64,000 nt of DNA from Candidatus Omnitrophota bacterium (GTDB lineage Bacteria; Omnitrophota; Gorgyraeia; Pluralincolimonadales; Pluralincolimonadaceae), in contig JBAZJG010000004.1 in the NCBI GenBank assembly GCA_041651455.1, forward strand, positions 72,848 through 136,847, written 5' to 3'. Within the stretch, counting starts at the first letter, position 1. The number at the start of each line of letters is the position of its first letter. This document shows, in pieces, positions 27,237 through 36,459 of the stretch. The notes under the pieces are model-generated. The model did no database searches, was not told the origin of the DNA, and worked only from the letters and a program-made list of their open reading frames with translations. A program made the position numbers and the translations under genes.

Positions 27237-28937
27237 TTATGGTGCTTTTTCCAGGGTAAGAGGATTGAATTTGTTCTTGGCGAATATGTACCATGAGGCC
27301 ACGGATACCGTCCCCATATCGGCCCTGCTCCAGTTATAGCCGCCTTCCCTGTTCGCAGTATACGGTATAGTACGGCCCTTCGCCCCCTTGATATTCCTGT
27401 CGACGAGGAAAGCATCCATCTGGTTGGCGTAGAAATACCCTCTTTCCTTGTCGCCTTCGGTAATATACGCGCACGCAATATGGCCTGTACCGTCAAGCCA
27501 TATATTGTTTATGTTTATGTCGGCATGATCGAAGAAACCCATAACTTCTTTGCCGTTCACATTCAACGTCTTGCGGTACCTGAGGTCATATTCCGGGATG
27601 TTCAACAGGGACGCCGTTCCTTTGCCGTATGCAAGGACCCTCCAGGTATAGTTATCCAGCGGAAGCGTATTGCCTTTCAGTACCGAATCGAGCCATATGC
27701 GTATCTTGTCGGCGTACGCGTCCTCCTTGCAGAGTTTTAGCGCGGCATAGCAATCGATATTGCCTTCCGGATGCCCGCCGTCCTCATGGAGCTTCTTGTC
27801 CCCGCTCCTCCATCCGTGCTGTATATAACCGCCTTTTCCGCCCGGATCGTCCTTATACCATGATATCAACAGGTCTTTCAGCATCCCCGTAATATCCCTG
27901 TATCTCTCCGGCCCGTATTCCTTCTCGTAATATTTGTACGCGATAAGAAGCCACGCCATGTCGCCCATCCAGCGGTCCGCCTTGCCGGGGTTATGGTACG
28001 CCGGAAGGTTCCCCTCGTTCCTTAGGTTCACGTACTGGAAGAACCCTCTCGCTTCCCCTTTATAAAAGAAATTCTGGTATGACGGGCACCTGTTATTCCT
28101 GTCCGTTGACTGGGCGTAGAAATCGAGTATGCGTTCCGCCCTTTCTTTTTCGCCCTTCAGGATGAACGCCATCGCGACGAGCGAATTATTGAACGTGTGC
28201 GCCTGATTATCTTCCGCGGTCGGGAGAAGCTGCTTGTCTTCGGAGAAGTTATCCTGGCACAGCTTGAGCCATTCCAATACGAGCGGGTCCTCCGGTACAA
28301 GCTCTGCGTCCCTTCTCTGCTTGAACCCGATGCCTTTCAGTTCCCTGTCCGGGTCAAGCACCGGGCCCACGACCGAGAATGAGGCCGGCAACCCCGGCTT
28401 GCCTAAACCGATCTCGTCCAGGTCCACCGTGCCTTTTCCCTTGCCGGAAAAAGCTATCTCCAGGTTAACAAGCTTATCGAACTTATCGTCCCCGCCCCAT
28501 CCGTATTCAAGGTTATTCCTGTATATCACGACCTCTGTCCAATCCGCATATTTGCCCCTCAGGGGGAATTTCCTGAAGAATACGGAGCCGTCCGCGTCGA
28601 CCAGCTTGATCTCCATGTCCGAAGACGAATCGGACTTGATCAGGAATGTCAAAGGGACATCCTCCGGCATTTTTTCCGTCATCTTCCTGCGTATAAGCAC
28701 CCAACCGTAATCACCCCTGAGCTCATACACCGCCCGGATACCGTCGTCCGACTTTCCCGGCGCGGAGGATATCTCTATGGTACTCTTCCCGTCCATATCG
28801 GCCTTCCACTGGCCAAGGTCGTCCCAGCTCGCCTTCGCGGGGGTTTGGGGCTGCGGCCCGGGTTTTTGCGCTTGCTCATACTCCTTGCAACCGGACACTA
28901 AAAGCAGTAACACCGCCAGACAGGCAACCTTCTTCAT
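27237..28937 (-). CDS. lipoprotein with N-terminal beta-sandwich domain and C-terminal six-hairpin glycosidase-like domain
   Basis: Lipobox LLLVSGC. Paralogous to 32517-34271 (shared WYIFAKNKFNP vs WYIFAKENFNPF motif). Glycosidase assignment is an inference, not motif-verified. Confidence 0.4.
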   Translation of the reverse strand: MKKVACLAVLLLLVSGCKEYEQAQKPGPQPQTPAKASWDDLGQWKADMDGKSTIEISSAPGKSDDGIRAVYELRGDYGWVLIRRKMTEKMPEDVPLTFLIKSDSSSDMEIKLVDADGSVFFRKFPLRGKYADWTEVVIYRNNLEYGWGGDDKFDKLVNLEIAFSGKGKGTVDLDEIGLGKPGLPASFSVVGPVLDPDRELKGIGFKQRRDAELVPEDPLVLEWLKLCQDNFSEDKQLLPTAEDNQAHTFNNSLVAMAFILKGEKERAERILDFYAQSTDRNNRCPSYQNFFYKGEARGFFQYVNLRNEGNLPAYHNPGKADRWMGDMAWLLIAYKYYEKEYGPERYRDITGMLKDLLISWYKDDPGGKGGYIQHGWRSGDKKLHEDGGHPEGNIDCYAALKLCKEDAYADKIRIWLDSVLKGNTLPLDNYTWRVLAYGKGTASLLNIPEYDLRYRKTLNVNGKEVMGFFDHADININNIWLDGTGHIACAYITEGDKERGYFYANQMDAFLVDRNIKGAKGRTIPYTANREGGYNWSRADMGTVSVASWYIFAKNKFNPLTLEKAP

Positions 28938-29149
28938 TGGTATCTCCTTTAGTATATGAGTTTCTTATTACTAAATTGTTTTACCAGTTAATAAAGATAC
29001 CACCGGAATAAGCTTTTGTCAAATATATATTATTTTGCGAAAAAGGGTGGAATGCGGGAAACGCCTAGAATAGAAAAAGGCTCCCAATTCCTGGAGCGGA
29101 AGGTTGGAAGCCTTTTTCGTCCCCCTACTTCTAACTTAACCTGCTTTAC

Positions 29150-29770
29150 TTATTTCTTTCTTCCTAATCCCATCAAACCAACAAGGCCTGAACCGAGAAG
29201 CAACAGGCTTGCGGGTTCCGGAACGGCAGCGACATCAAAGTTGAAGTTGTCAAAATCGCTTTCGCCGGGAACTTCATACGGATCATTCGCGTACGTACCG
29301 AACATGATCCTTGCCGTAACAGCATCGCTCGGAGCTACTATAACGCCGGTGTCCCCAAGGTTATACTGATCTCTTGTCAAGGCTTTCATGTCGACCATCG
29401 TCTTGCTCGCTAACGTACCATTAGCCCTAAGGAACTTGACTCCGATGTATGAACCCCAGCTGTTGGCAACCGTACCCGAAGGAACTAGCGCATAACCGGT
29501 AAGGTTATACGACTGTCCACCCGTGATGGCAACTTCCTGCTTCATACCGCCATCGTTGTAGTTATGAAGATTGTGAGTCCCGCTCACAGGGTTATCGGTT
29601 ACGACAACCTGGTTTTCCGCATTCCAACCGTCAGGCGCATCAGCTGACCAACCGTACGCATAATCTCCGTCTACCGAGATCTCAAAATCACCGTTGACCA
29701 ACAGGTTCGCGCTGGCTACACCAGGCACCAACAGTACCGCTAAGCTTACCAATGCTACTAATTTACCCAT
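29150..29770 (-). CDS. PEP-CTERM-anchored secreted protein with CBM4/9-like domain
   Basis: NLLVNGDFE start. C-terminal AVPEPASLLLLGSGLVGLMGLGRKK. Operonic with 29781-30413 (10 bp gap, RBS AAAGGAG). Confidence 0.8.
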   Translation of the reverse strand: MGKLVALVSLAVLLVPGVASANLLVNGDFEISVDGDYAYGWSADAPDGWNAENQVVVTDNPVSGTHNLHNYNDGGMKQEVAITGGQSYNLTGYALVPSGTVANSWGSYIGVKFLRANGTLASKTMVDMKALTRDQYNLGDTGVIVAPSDAVTARIMFGTYANDPYEVPGESDFDNFNFDVAAVPEPASLLLLGSGLVGLMGLGRKK

Positions 29771-29780
29771 CTTTCTCCTT

Positions 29781-30413
29781 TCACCCCTTTCTTTTTACCT
29801 TTCCCTTATTAAACAACCCTACTCCCAACAATCCACTGCCCAATAACAACATACTGGCGGGTTCCGGAATGGGGGTGGATTCAACGATGAGGTCATCAAA
29901 GATTCCCCTTCCGTCACCACTGCCAGTATTGTTTACTTCCCAAACCATTGTCGCCTTGACTATATCGGATCCGTAGTTTGACGGGGTCACTATAGCCGTC
30001 TTATCGTTCCAAACATTGTCCGTAAGCTCATTACCCGTAAGGCTACCGGTAGTCCACGTTCCTACTATAGAATCGTCCGAACGCTTGAATTCCACTCTTA
30101 ATGAGGCGGATGAACCGTTCCTAAGGGACTCGTTCCCGGCAACATCATCAAACAAATAACCCCCAATCTTATAGGTTGATCCTGGATCTGATATAGCGAT
30201 ATCCTGCCAGCCCGATGTTGCCCACCATCCCGCAGCGGAATAGCTTCCCGAGTTTCCCCAGGTATTTATAGTCGCATTTGTACCGTTCCACTGGCTCCAT
30301 CCGGTAAAATCCCCATTTTCAAACCCGGAGTTTGTCAGAAGATTGGCGTGCGCTATAGGATATGAAGATAACATCATTACAAGGACTGCTATTAATACGG
30401 CTTTTGTCTTCAT
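29781..30413 (-). CDS. PEP-CTERM-anchored secreted protein with CBM4/9-like domain
   Basis: NLLTNSGFENGDFTGW start. C-terminal IPEPASMLLLGSGLLGVGLF...KRKG. Confidence 0.8.
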   Translation of the reverse strand: MKTKAVLIAVLVMMLSSYPIAHANLLTNSGFENGDFTGWSQWNGTNATINTWGNSGSYSAAGWWATSGWQDIAISDPGSTYKIGGYLFDDVAGNESLRNGSSASLRVEFKRSDDSIVGTWTTGSLTGNELTDNVWNDKTAIVTPSNYGSDIVKATMVWEVNNTGSGDGRGIFDDLIVESTPIPEPASMLLLGSGLLGVGLFNKGKVKRKG

Positions 30414-30430
30414 TGCTTCTCAACCCCTTT

Positions 30431-30573
30431 ATCGATACGTGTTTATTAAACAAACGTAATAAACTGTTTCTTCATTCGGTTGATTTTGTATTTTAGAAGT
30501 TGCTATCGTAGAATATATATCGACACGTGTTTACGAATGCATATAATATACCTTAAGAATGTAAATGTGTCAA
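30431..30573 (-). promoter_or_regulatory. promoter (-35 TTGACA 30568-30573, -10 TATATT 30545-30550) plus two ACACGTGT-core operator repeats (30519-30532 and 30431-30444)
   Basis: ATCGACACGTGTTT sits at the predicted TSS and ATCGATACGTGTTT ~20 nt before the start codon. The core is a palindrome. Confidence 0.5.
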
Positions 30574-30620
30574 GAGAATTATATTGCTATTATATAGCAA
30601 ATAGTTGTTATATTGCAGAT

Positions 30621-30649
30621 AAGAAAACAGGGGAACATTTCTGTTCCCC
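30621..30649 (-). terminator. rho-independent terminator after PEP-CTERM gene 30693-31319
   Basis: GGGGAACA-gaaa-TGTTCCCC hairpin plus TGTTTTCTT. Confidence 0.65.
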
Positions 30650-30692
30650 TGTCCGGTTCTCCCTCGGGTTATTGGGGATTGAGGAAAAATAC

Positions 30693-31319
30693 CTACTTCT
30701 TGGCGCTCTTATTTCTTATTCCTATAATACCGATCAGGCCTGAACCGAGAAGCAACAGGCTGGCCGGTTCCGGTATCGGCTGCGTATCGATCATGAAATC
30801 ATCGAAAATACCGCGTCCGTCTCCAGAGCCGCTGTTATTGACCTCCCATACAAGAGTCGCATGGTCTATCCCTGCGCCATAGCTTGCCGGGGTCACTACA
30901 GCCGTCTTATCGTTCCACGTGTTGTCCGTCAGGTCGGCTCCTGTCATGTTACCGGTCGTCCAGGTGCCAACGATGTTGTTGGCCGCGTCCTTAAACTCAA
31001 CCCTTATCGATGCATAACCACCGTTCCTTAAGGACTCGTTCGCGGCAACGTCATCAAAGACGTAACCTCCGATCTTCACCGGCGTATTGGCGTCTGCAAT
31101 GATCGCATCCTGCCAGGCCGATGTCGCCCACCATCCTGCAGCAGAGTAATTTCCGGTACGTCCCCAGCTGTTGATAATAGCATTGGTGTCGTTCCACTGT
31201 CCCCAGTCGCTGAAGCTCCCCGTCTCAAATCCCGCGTTGCTGAGAAGATTTGCGGCGTCCGCCTGGGCCGGTATTACAAGAGCTGCTGCAAACAGAAGCA
31301 CTGCAACCAACTTTCCCAT
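30693..31319 (-). CDS. PEP-CTERM-anchored secreted protein with CBM4/9-like domain
   Basis: Start reset to MGKLVAVLLF (strong SD GGAAAGGAGG). C-terminal PIPEPASLLLLGSGLIGIIGIRNKSAKK. Confidence 0.8.
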   Translation of the reverse strand: MGKLVAVLLFAAALVIPAQADAANLLSNAGFETGSFSDWGQWNDTNAIINSWGRTGNYSAAGWWATSAWQDAIIADANTPVKIGGYVFDDVAANESLRNGGYASIRVEFKDAANNIVGTWTTGNMTGADLTDNTWNDKTAVVTPASYGAGIDHATLVWEVNNSGSGDGRGIFDDFMIDTQPIPEPASLLLLGSGLIGIIGIRNKSAKK

Positions 31320-31340
31320 ATCTTTTCCTCCTTTCCTCAA

Positions 31341-31463
31341 TTCGACACGTGTTGAGTTATTCATTACAATAATCCCTTGCCGGAATTATAGGGATTTATT
31401 TAGAGTGATTCGACACGTGTTTAATTGTTAATTTATTATGCATTAATTAAGTGCCTGTGTCAA
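31341..31463 (-). promoter_or_regulatory. promoter (-35 TTGACA 31458-31463, -10 CATAAT 31435-31440) plus two TTCGACACGTGTT operator repeats (31409-31421 and 31341-31353)
   Basis: Same architecture as the 30431-30573 unit. The repeats flank a small hairpin, ATCCCT-n12-AGGGAT, in the 5'UTR. Confidence 0.5.
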
Positions 31464-31494
31464 GATTAATATATTGCTTTTTTGTAGGACTAAT

Positions 31495-32517
31495 TTAGGC
31501 GGGCTTGACGGACTCCCTCCGGATGTATTCCGGAGTGAATATAACCGTATCATTCTCTACCTTTTTCCCCGATACTATATCCAAAAGCATCTGTGCGGCG
31601 GTCTTGCCTATCTCGACCAGCGGAAGCCTCATGGAACTTAACGTCGGAGATCCCGGGGGAAAAGGGAACATGTCGTTAAAACCTATTACCGAAATATGCT
31701 CGGGGACCGAAAGGCCGGCATCACGTATCCTTCTTATTGCGGCAAGCGCCATGACGTCGTCGGAAGCCACTATGCCGGTGATCCTCGGCTCCTGCTTCAA
31801 CAGGATCCCGGTAGCTTCGTATGCCTTCTCATAGATGAACAACCCTTCGGCCACGAGGTTTTCGTCGAATCCCGCGCCAGCTTCAGATAGCGCTTTTTTA
31901 TATCCGGCGAGCCTGTCCTGGTCGAGTTGGAACCTTAACGCGCCGCTGAGGAACGCTATCCTCTTATGGCCGGTGTCGAGCAATTCTTTTGTCGCCCTGA
32001 AAAGGCCTTCCTTGTTATCTATCAGGACTTTCGGTATCTTTATGCCCTTGATGTACCTGTTCACAAGCACTATCGGGAACTTCTTTTCGAAGAGCGTCGT
32101 CACATCCTTCTCGAGCGCCTCTTCGACAAGTATGCACATGCCGTCGACCCTTTTTTCTTCGAAGGCCTTCATGTAATACGGGGAAAGCGGCTCTTCTTTT
32201 GGCTTGATCGCGCGGGTCAACTGGAAATAATAACCGTTCTTCTCCAGCACTCCGGCGATACCGCTGACCACATGGCTGAAATACGAATAATATATGTCCT
32301 CGAAATCCTTTACCACCACGGCGATATTAAACGTCTTCCTGCTGACAAGGCTGCGGGCTATCACGTTAGGAGTGAAATCGAGGTCCGCGACCACCTTGCT
32401 GACCCTCTCCTGTGTCTTCTTGCCCACCTTCTGAAGGTCCTTCCCGTTAATGACCCTCGAGACGGTGCTTATGGACACTTTCGCCTTTTTGGCTATGTCT
32501 TTATATGTGTATGCCAT
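31495..32517 (-). CDS. LacI-family transcriptional regulator
   Basis: N-terminal HTH (YKDIAKKAKVSISTVSRVING) and periplasmic-binding-protein-like sugar-binding core. It is the last gene of the operon 34923 to 31495. Confidence 0.85.
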   Translation of the reverse strand: MAYTYKDIAKKAKVSISTVSRVINGKDLQKVGKKTQERVSKVVADLDFTPNVIARSLVSRKTFNIAVVVKDFEDIYYSYFSHVVSGIAGVLEKNGYYFQLTRAIKPKEEPLSPYYMKAFEEKRVDGMCILVEEALEKDVTTLFEKKFPIVLVNRYIKGIKIPKVLIDNKEGLFRATKELLDTGHKRIAFLSGALRFQLDQDRLAGYKKALSEAGAGFDENLVAEGLFIYEKAYEATGILLKQEPRITGIVASDDVMALAAIRRIRDAGLSVPEHISVIGFNDMFPFPPGSPTLSSMRLPLVEIGKTAAQMLLDIVSGKKVENDTVIFTPEYIRRESVKPA

Positions 32518-34271
32518 TAATTAAGGTATATCCTATACAGGTTCACCGCGGAATTCCCGCTGCAATCCTCCACCCTTACCTCGAACGTCATCTTTCTTAC
32601 GCCTTCCCTGTCAAATATTCCGTTCCCGTAATTTTGCAATTCCGGGCTCCTCTTGAACCCGTCCTTCATGTCCAGTGAAAAACTCTCCGGCTCGCCGCCA
32701 TAAAGGTATATCGGGATGCTTTCAAATGGCTCGCCTTCTTTGTCATACACTTTTACCTTTATGGACGTTTTCTGCGCGCTGCCGGAAAGCTCCAGGTTCA
32801 ATTTGCCGTACTTTCCCCAATCCTGCGGACAGAGAAAAGGACGGCTGATCGTCCCCCAGCAGGTTTTCGCCGTCTCTTCCGGCTCGATGGTTATCTTCAT
32901 CGTATTTACTAGTTTACCTTTAGATGATGCCGCCGGCGCCAATTTCCTTGATATCTTGCAATGCCCCGCCGAGACCATCTCCGAAGGATACGCCGTCTCG
33001 AATTTTATGCTGCCATCCGTGAAATAGTCTATTACCGGGACGAACTGGAAGGCGGGCTTATAATCGATGCTGTCGACTGTCTTGTTCGCCCGTTCCTCGT
33101 CCTGTCCCATCGAAAATGGGTTGAAATTCTCTTTCGCGAATATATACCAGCAAGTGCTCGATATACATAGCGGGCGGTCCTGCATAATCCAGCTGCCGTA
33201 AGCGGTCGTGCCTTCGTTCGTCGCGTATGGCAATGCCGAAGCGTTCTTGTGGACAGAACTGGCCGTAAGCGCCTTGTCCAGCTCCGACAGGAAATGCGCG
33301 CTCTCGTCTTTCCTTCCGGCCCTGTCGAACGCGAGGACCATCTGGGCTGTGCCTTCCAGCCATACGGAATCTTTGTCCGGATAATGGGACTTTTCGTAGG
33401 TGGAACCGAAATCGAAGCCCTCTATTTCGACACCGTTGACCTTATACATCTTCTTCGTAAGGCTCTTGTCTATCGCGAAATCGAGCGTGGGCCCGTAAGC
33501 GCGCCCGAGCGCGAGGACCGCCCAGCTCGACTGGTCGGTCGCGAAATTAGGGTTGTCCCTGCCCATATTGAACCTTTTCTGTTCTTTGTTCCAGGCGGCG
33601 TTCTCCATCCAGAACTTTATCTCTTTCGCGACGCCGAGGCACCGCATATCGCCGGTAAGCACACCGAGGTCCCTGAACGCTGCATAAGAGTCGAGATTGT
33701 GTTCGACAGATATCCATGTCATCGGCTCCCCGTTTCCGTAATATCCGCCTATGATCCCGCCTTCTATCGACTGCAGCGACATCAGCCATTCAACAAGCGT
33801 CTCCGCAAGGTCCGAATACCTGATATCTTTCGATACATATGTATAATGGTTTATCGCGATGAGCATCCATGCGTTCGGGCCCGCAGCCCACGTCTTTCCC
33901 CAGCGCCCGTCCTTGCGATAGGCATCACTGAACCCTATGAACTTGCCGTATTTCTTTATCTCCTTGCGGTAGGTGCTGTCGAAGAAATCCAGCACCTGCC
34001 TTGCCCTTTTCAAATCGCCGCGGGAGGTAAAGACAATGACGGCAAGGGCCTGGTCATAGGTAAAACAATCGGTCCCGCCCTCATAGCTCGGAAGCAGCCC
34101 CGACGTAAAGAATATCAGGCGCCGGTTCGATTCCTGCTGCGCGACAAGCCACCTGTATGCCTTGTCCGTTCCATCGTCCTGCATCGGGCCGGGATCCTGC
34201 CCCCAGCACACCGGCCCGGCACATAGCACACATAACAACGCAGACGCCGTAAGGGCGCGTATTTTATTCAT
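32517..34271 (-). CDS. secreted six-hairpin glycosidase-like protein with C-terminal beta-sandwich (CBM-like) domain
   Basis: Signal peptide at MNKIRALTASALLCVLCAGPVCWG. Paralog of 27237-28937 with reversed domain order. Function is an inference. Confidence 0.4.
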   Translation of the reverse strand: MNKIRALTASALLCVLCAGPVCWGQDPGPMQDDGTDKAYRWLVAQQESNRRLIFFTSGLLPSYEGGTDCFTYDQALAVIVFTSRGDLKRARQVLDFFDSTYRKEIKKYGKFIGFSDAYRKDGRWGKTWAAGPNAWMLIAINHYTYVSKDIRYSDLAETLVEWLMSLQSIEGGIIGGYYGNGEPMTWISVEHNLDSYAAFRDLGVLTGDMRCLGVAKEIKFWMENAAWNKEQKRFNMGRDNPNFATDQSSWAVLALGRAYGPTLDFAIDKSLTKKMYKVNGVEIEGFDFGSTYEKSHYPDKDSVWLEGTAQMVLAFDRAGRKDESAHFLSELDKALTASSVHKNASALPYATNEGTTAYGSWIMQDRPLCISSTCWYIFAKENFNPFSMGQDEERANKTVDSIDYKPAFQFVPVIDYFTDGSIKFETAYPSEMVSAGHCKISRKLAPAASSKGKLVNTMKITIEPEETAKTCWGTISRPFLCPQDWGKYGKLNLELSGSAQKTSIKVKVYDKEGEPFESIPIYLYGGEPESFSLDMKDGFKRSPELQNYGNGIFDREGVRKMTFEVRVEDCSGNSAVNLYRIYLN

Positions 34272-34923
34272 TCGATAACATGAAATCATCCAGGTATACG
34301 GTGGCTCCCGGGCCGTTGCCTACATCGGCTCCGAAGGCTATGCCGATATTGTCGAGAGATTTAACGTCTATGCCGGACTTGCGCAGTCCGGCTACGGATA
34401 TCGTTATCTTCTTCCATTCCTTCGTGGCCGATTCAACCGATATCTTTGTCTGCGGCATATAACTCGGCGCGTGGCTGTCCCTGAGGACTATTTCCATGTT
34501 CTCGCCGCCGTTCTCGCCCTTTACCCAGAACTCTATGTTCTTGAAGCCGGATATGTCCTTGCTCTTGACCTTCTTCGGGACTGGAACGGCATCGGTTACC
34601 GGGCCCATATCTATCGAAAAACTTCCCCATGCCTCTGATGCCTTGCTTCCGAGGGCGTTGACAAGTCGGAACGATTGCTTCCCGCTATGAACGTTCCTCA
34701 TATCATACCCCGGCACGTCCGGAGCATAGTACCAGCTGAACGGGGTGTTCTTGTCTTCCCAATTAGGTTCCAAAGACCCGTAGACCCCGACCTCGCCTCC
34801 GAGGTTGTTCGGATGGCCTTCAAAATCCGCTATGACTGTGATGCTCTCTTCGGAAAACGATTGCCCAGGAATAAAAAATATAGCGACAGTTACCGCCGCT
34901 ATAAGAAATATCAGTCCTTTCAT
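34264..34923 (-). CDS. secreted CBM-like (jelly-roll) protein
   Basis: Signal peptide. Domain resembles the beta-sandwich modules of the two glycosidase-like proteins. Preceded by a TTTACA-17-TATAAT promoter. Confidence 0.45.
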   Translation of the reverse strand: MKGLIFLIAAVTVAIFFIPGQSFSEESITVIADFEGHPNNLGGEVGVYGSLEPNWEDKNTPFSWYYAPDVPGYDMRNVHSGKQSFRLVNALGSKASEAWGSFSIDMGPVTDAVPVPKKVKSKDISGFKNIEFWVKGENGGENMEIVLRDSHAPSYMPQTKISVESATKEWKKITISVAGLRKSGIDVKSLDNIGIAFGADVGNGPGATVYLDDFMLSNE

Positions 34924-34968
34924 GCCGGCCTCCTTTAGCCTGTATTATAACTCATTGACCTTTCGATG

Positions 34969-35002
34969 TAAACAATGGGGGGCCCGTAATAATCCGGGCC
35001 CC
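34969..35002 (-). terminator. rho-independent terminator after PEP-CTERM gene 35015-35668
   Basis: GGGGCCCG-gattatta-CGGGCCCC hairpin followed by CCATTGTTT. Confidence 0.6.
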
Positions 35003-35014
35003 GCTTGTTAACTG

Positions 35015-35668
35015 CTAGCTTTTCTTCCTTCTACCGAGACCGAGAAGCCCAATCAGCCCTGTACCGAGCAAGAGCATGCTTGCCGGTTCCGGAACGGGCG
35101 CAAACGACATGTCATCCACCCACAGCGTGCTGTTAGGCGAATACGCGCCGCTTGTCGAAAGGGCGACGACGGCAGATACCTTCGTCGTCCCTGCAGGGGC
35201 AGCCGCGGTCGTGACAGAGAGAGGGTGCCATGTGTCTGCCGTTACCGAGTTGTCGAATAAGGCACTCTCATCCACGCGGATGACGTTGCCAAGCGAGTTG
35301 TACCATTTGACCTGAAGCTTGGCTGAACTGCCGTCCTTAAGCGTATCAGCGGAATTCCACAGGAAATAACCATTCAGTAAGTAGGGGGCACTGAAATCGA
35401 TCCCTGTGAAGTCCTCGTTGAAATACGCATAATCGGTGTTGTTTCCGCCCCACATGACAACCTTCGCTGCCTTGGCGCCGCTCATTGCAACCGAAGAATC
35501 ATAGAATGAGTCGCCATTAACGCCGCCGCTCCACGTCCATGGGCCGTCCTTTAAAGCAATAGCCGATCCGCCGAGCTCAAAACCCGGATCGCTCAGGAGG
35601 TTGGCAGATGCCTGCGATGAAAACAAGCCGAATACCGCTACCATCAGTATTACCCTGAATATCTTCAT
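35015..35668 (-). CDS. PEP-CTERM-anchored secreted protein with CBM4/9-like domain
   Basis: Start reset to MKIFRV (SD AAAGGAGGTGA). C-terminal VPEPASMLLLGTGLIGLLGLGRRKKS. Confidence 0.75.
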   Translation of the reverse strand: MKIFRVILMVAVFGLFSSQASANLLSDPGFELGGSAIALKDGPWTWSGGVNGDSFYDSSVAMSGAKAAKVVMWGGNNTDYAYFNEDFTGIDFSAPYLLNGYFLWNSADTLKDGSSAKLQVKWYNSLGNVIRVDESALFDNSVTADTWHPLSVTTAAAPAGTTKVSAVVALSTSGAYSPNSTLWVDDMSFAPVPEPASMLLLGTGLIGLLGLGRRKKS

Positions 35669-35691
35669 TATCTCACCTCCTTTCATTTATT

Positions 35692-35778
35692 GGTTAAACG
35701 TTTTCCTTATAACCCTTTAAAAAAAGGAAAACGATTTCCTTTGCTTTGAAATTTTATCATATCCCAGAATAAAGTCAA
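35692..35778 (-). promoter_or_regulatory. promoter (-35 TTGACT 35773-35778, 16 nt spacer, -10 TAAAAT 35751-35756) plus two GGAAAnCGTTT operator-like repeats (35726-35739, 35692-35706)
   Basis: GGAAATCGTTTTCC and GGAAAACGTTTAACC both have an AACGTT-type centre typical of LacI/PurR-family operators. Confidence 0.45.
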
Positions 35779-35808
35779 GATTATTATATTGTTATTTTAT
35801 AGTAATAA

Positions 35809-36459
35809 TTAGAGGTAATCCGGAAGGATCTTTACTGCTTCGCGTATGAACTTCCTGCATCTTTCGAGCGCGGCTGTCGTGTCGTTATCCGTTATAGCGG
35901 TCCACACCCTTATGGCCGACCCGCCGCTCTTGCCCCCCCTTAGCTGGTTAATGACAAAATACAGCTGTTGCCTGTAAAAATTCTCCGTCATTACGTCGCC
36001 GGCGGTATACCAGTCAAGCATCAGTACCTTGTTCTTCGATATCTGGTAGATCGACTCGTTGGCCGACATCTGCTTTCCCCCGCCGAGATCGATATCCGCC
36101 TTTCCCTGCGTCAACATCTCGGTGCGGCCGCTCCCGAGATAACAATATTCCGGAGGATGGAAACTCTGCCTCTTCTGGTCCGAATATACCACCTGCATCG
36201 ATACTCTTTCGTTGCCCGGCCCGAGGTAGGTGCGTATCAGCACTTTGTCCGTCCCGAGGACCTCATATACCTGTTTCAGGTATTCCTTGTCCTTAAACTC
36301 GACGTTCGCTCCCTTCCACCCGGAAACATCCATGGGGAATGACATCAGCCTGACTTCGCGCGCCGGCGTCCTTTTTATTGACGACATGAAAAATACCGCG
36401 GCCGCGCAAACAGCAAGCATAGTTACGGCTATTGCCGTATTTAGGTCTTTTTTGTCCAC
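35809..36459 (-). CDS. epsI: EpsI-family exosortase-associated protein
   Basis: ~216 aa with a single N-terminal TM helix. Overlaps the 3' end of the exosortase gene, which is the typical XrtA-EpsI arrangement. Assigned by context and architecture. Confidence 0.55.
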   Translation of the reverse strand: MDKKDLNTAIAVTMLAVCAAAVFFMSSIKRTPAREVRLMSFPMDVSGWKGANVEFKDKEYLKQVYEVLGTDKVLIRTYLGPGNERVSMQVVYSDQKRQSFHPPEYCYLGSGRTEMLTQGKADIDLGGGKQMSANESIYQISKNKVLMLDWYTAGDVMTENFYRQQLYFVINQLRGGKSGGSAIRVWTAITDNDTTAALERCRKFIREAVKILPDYL

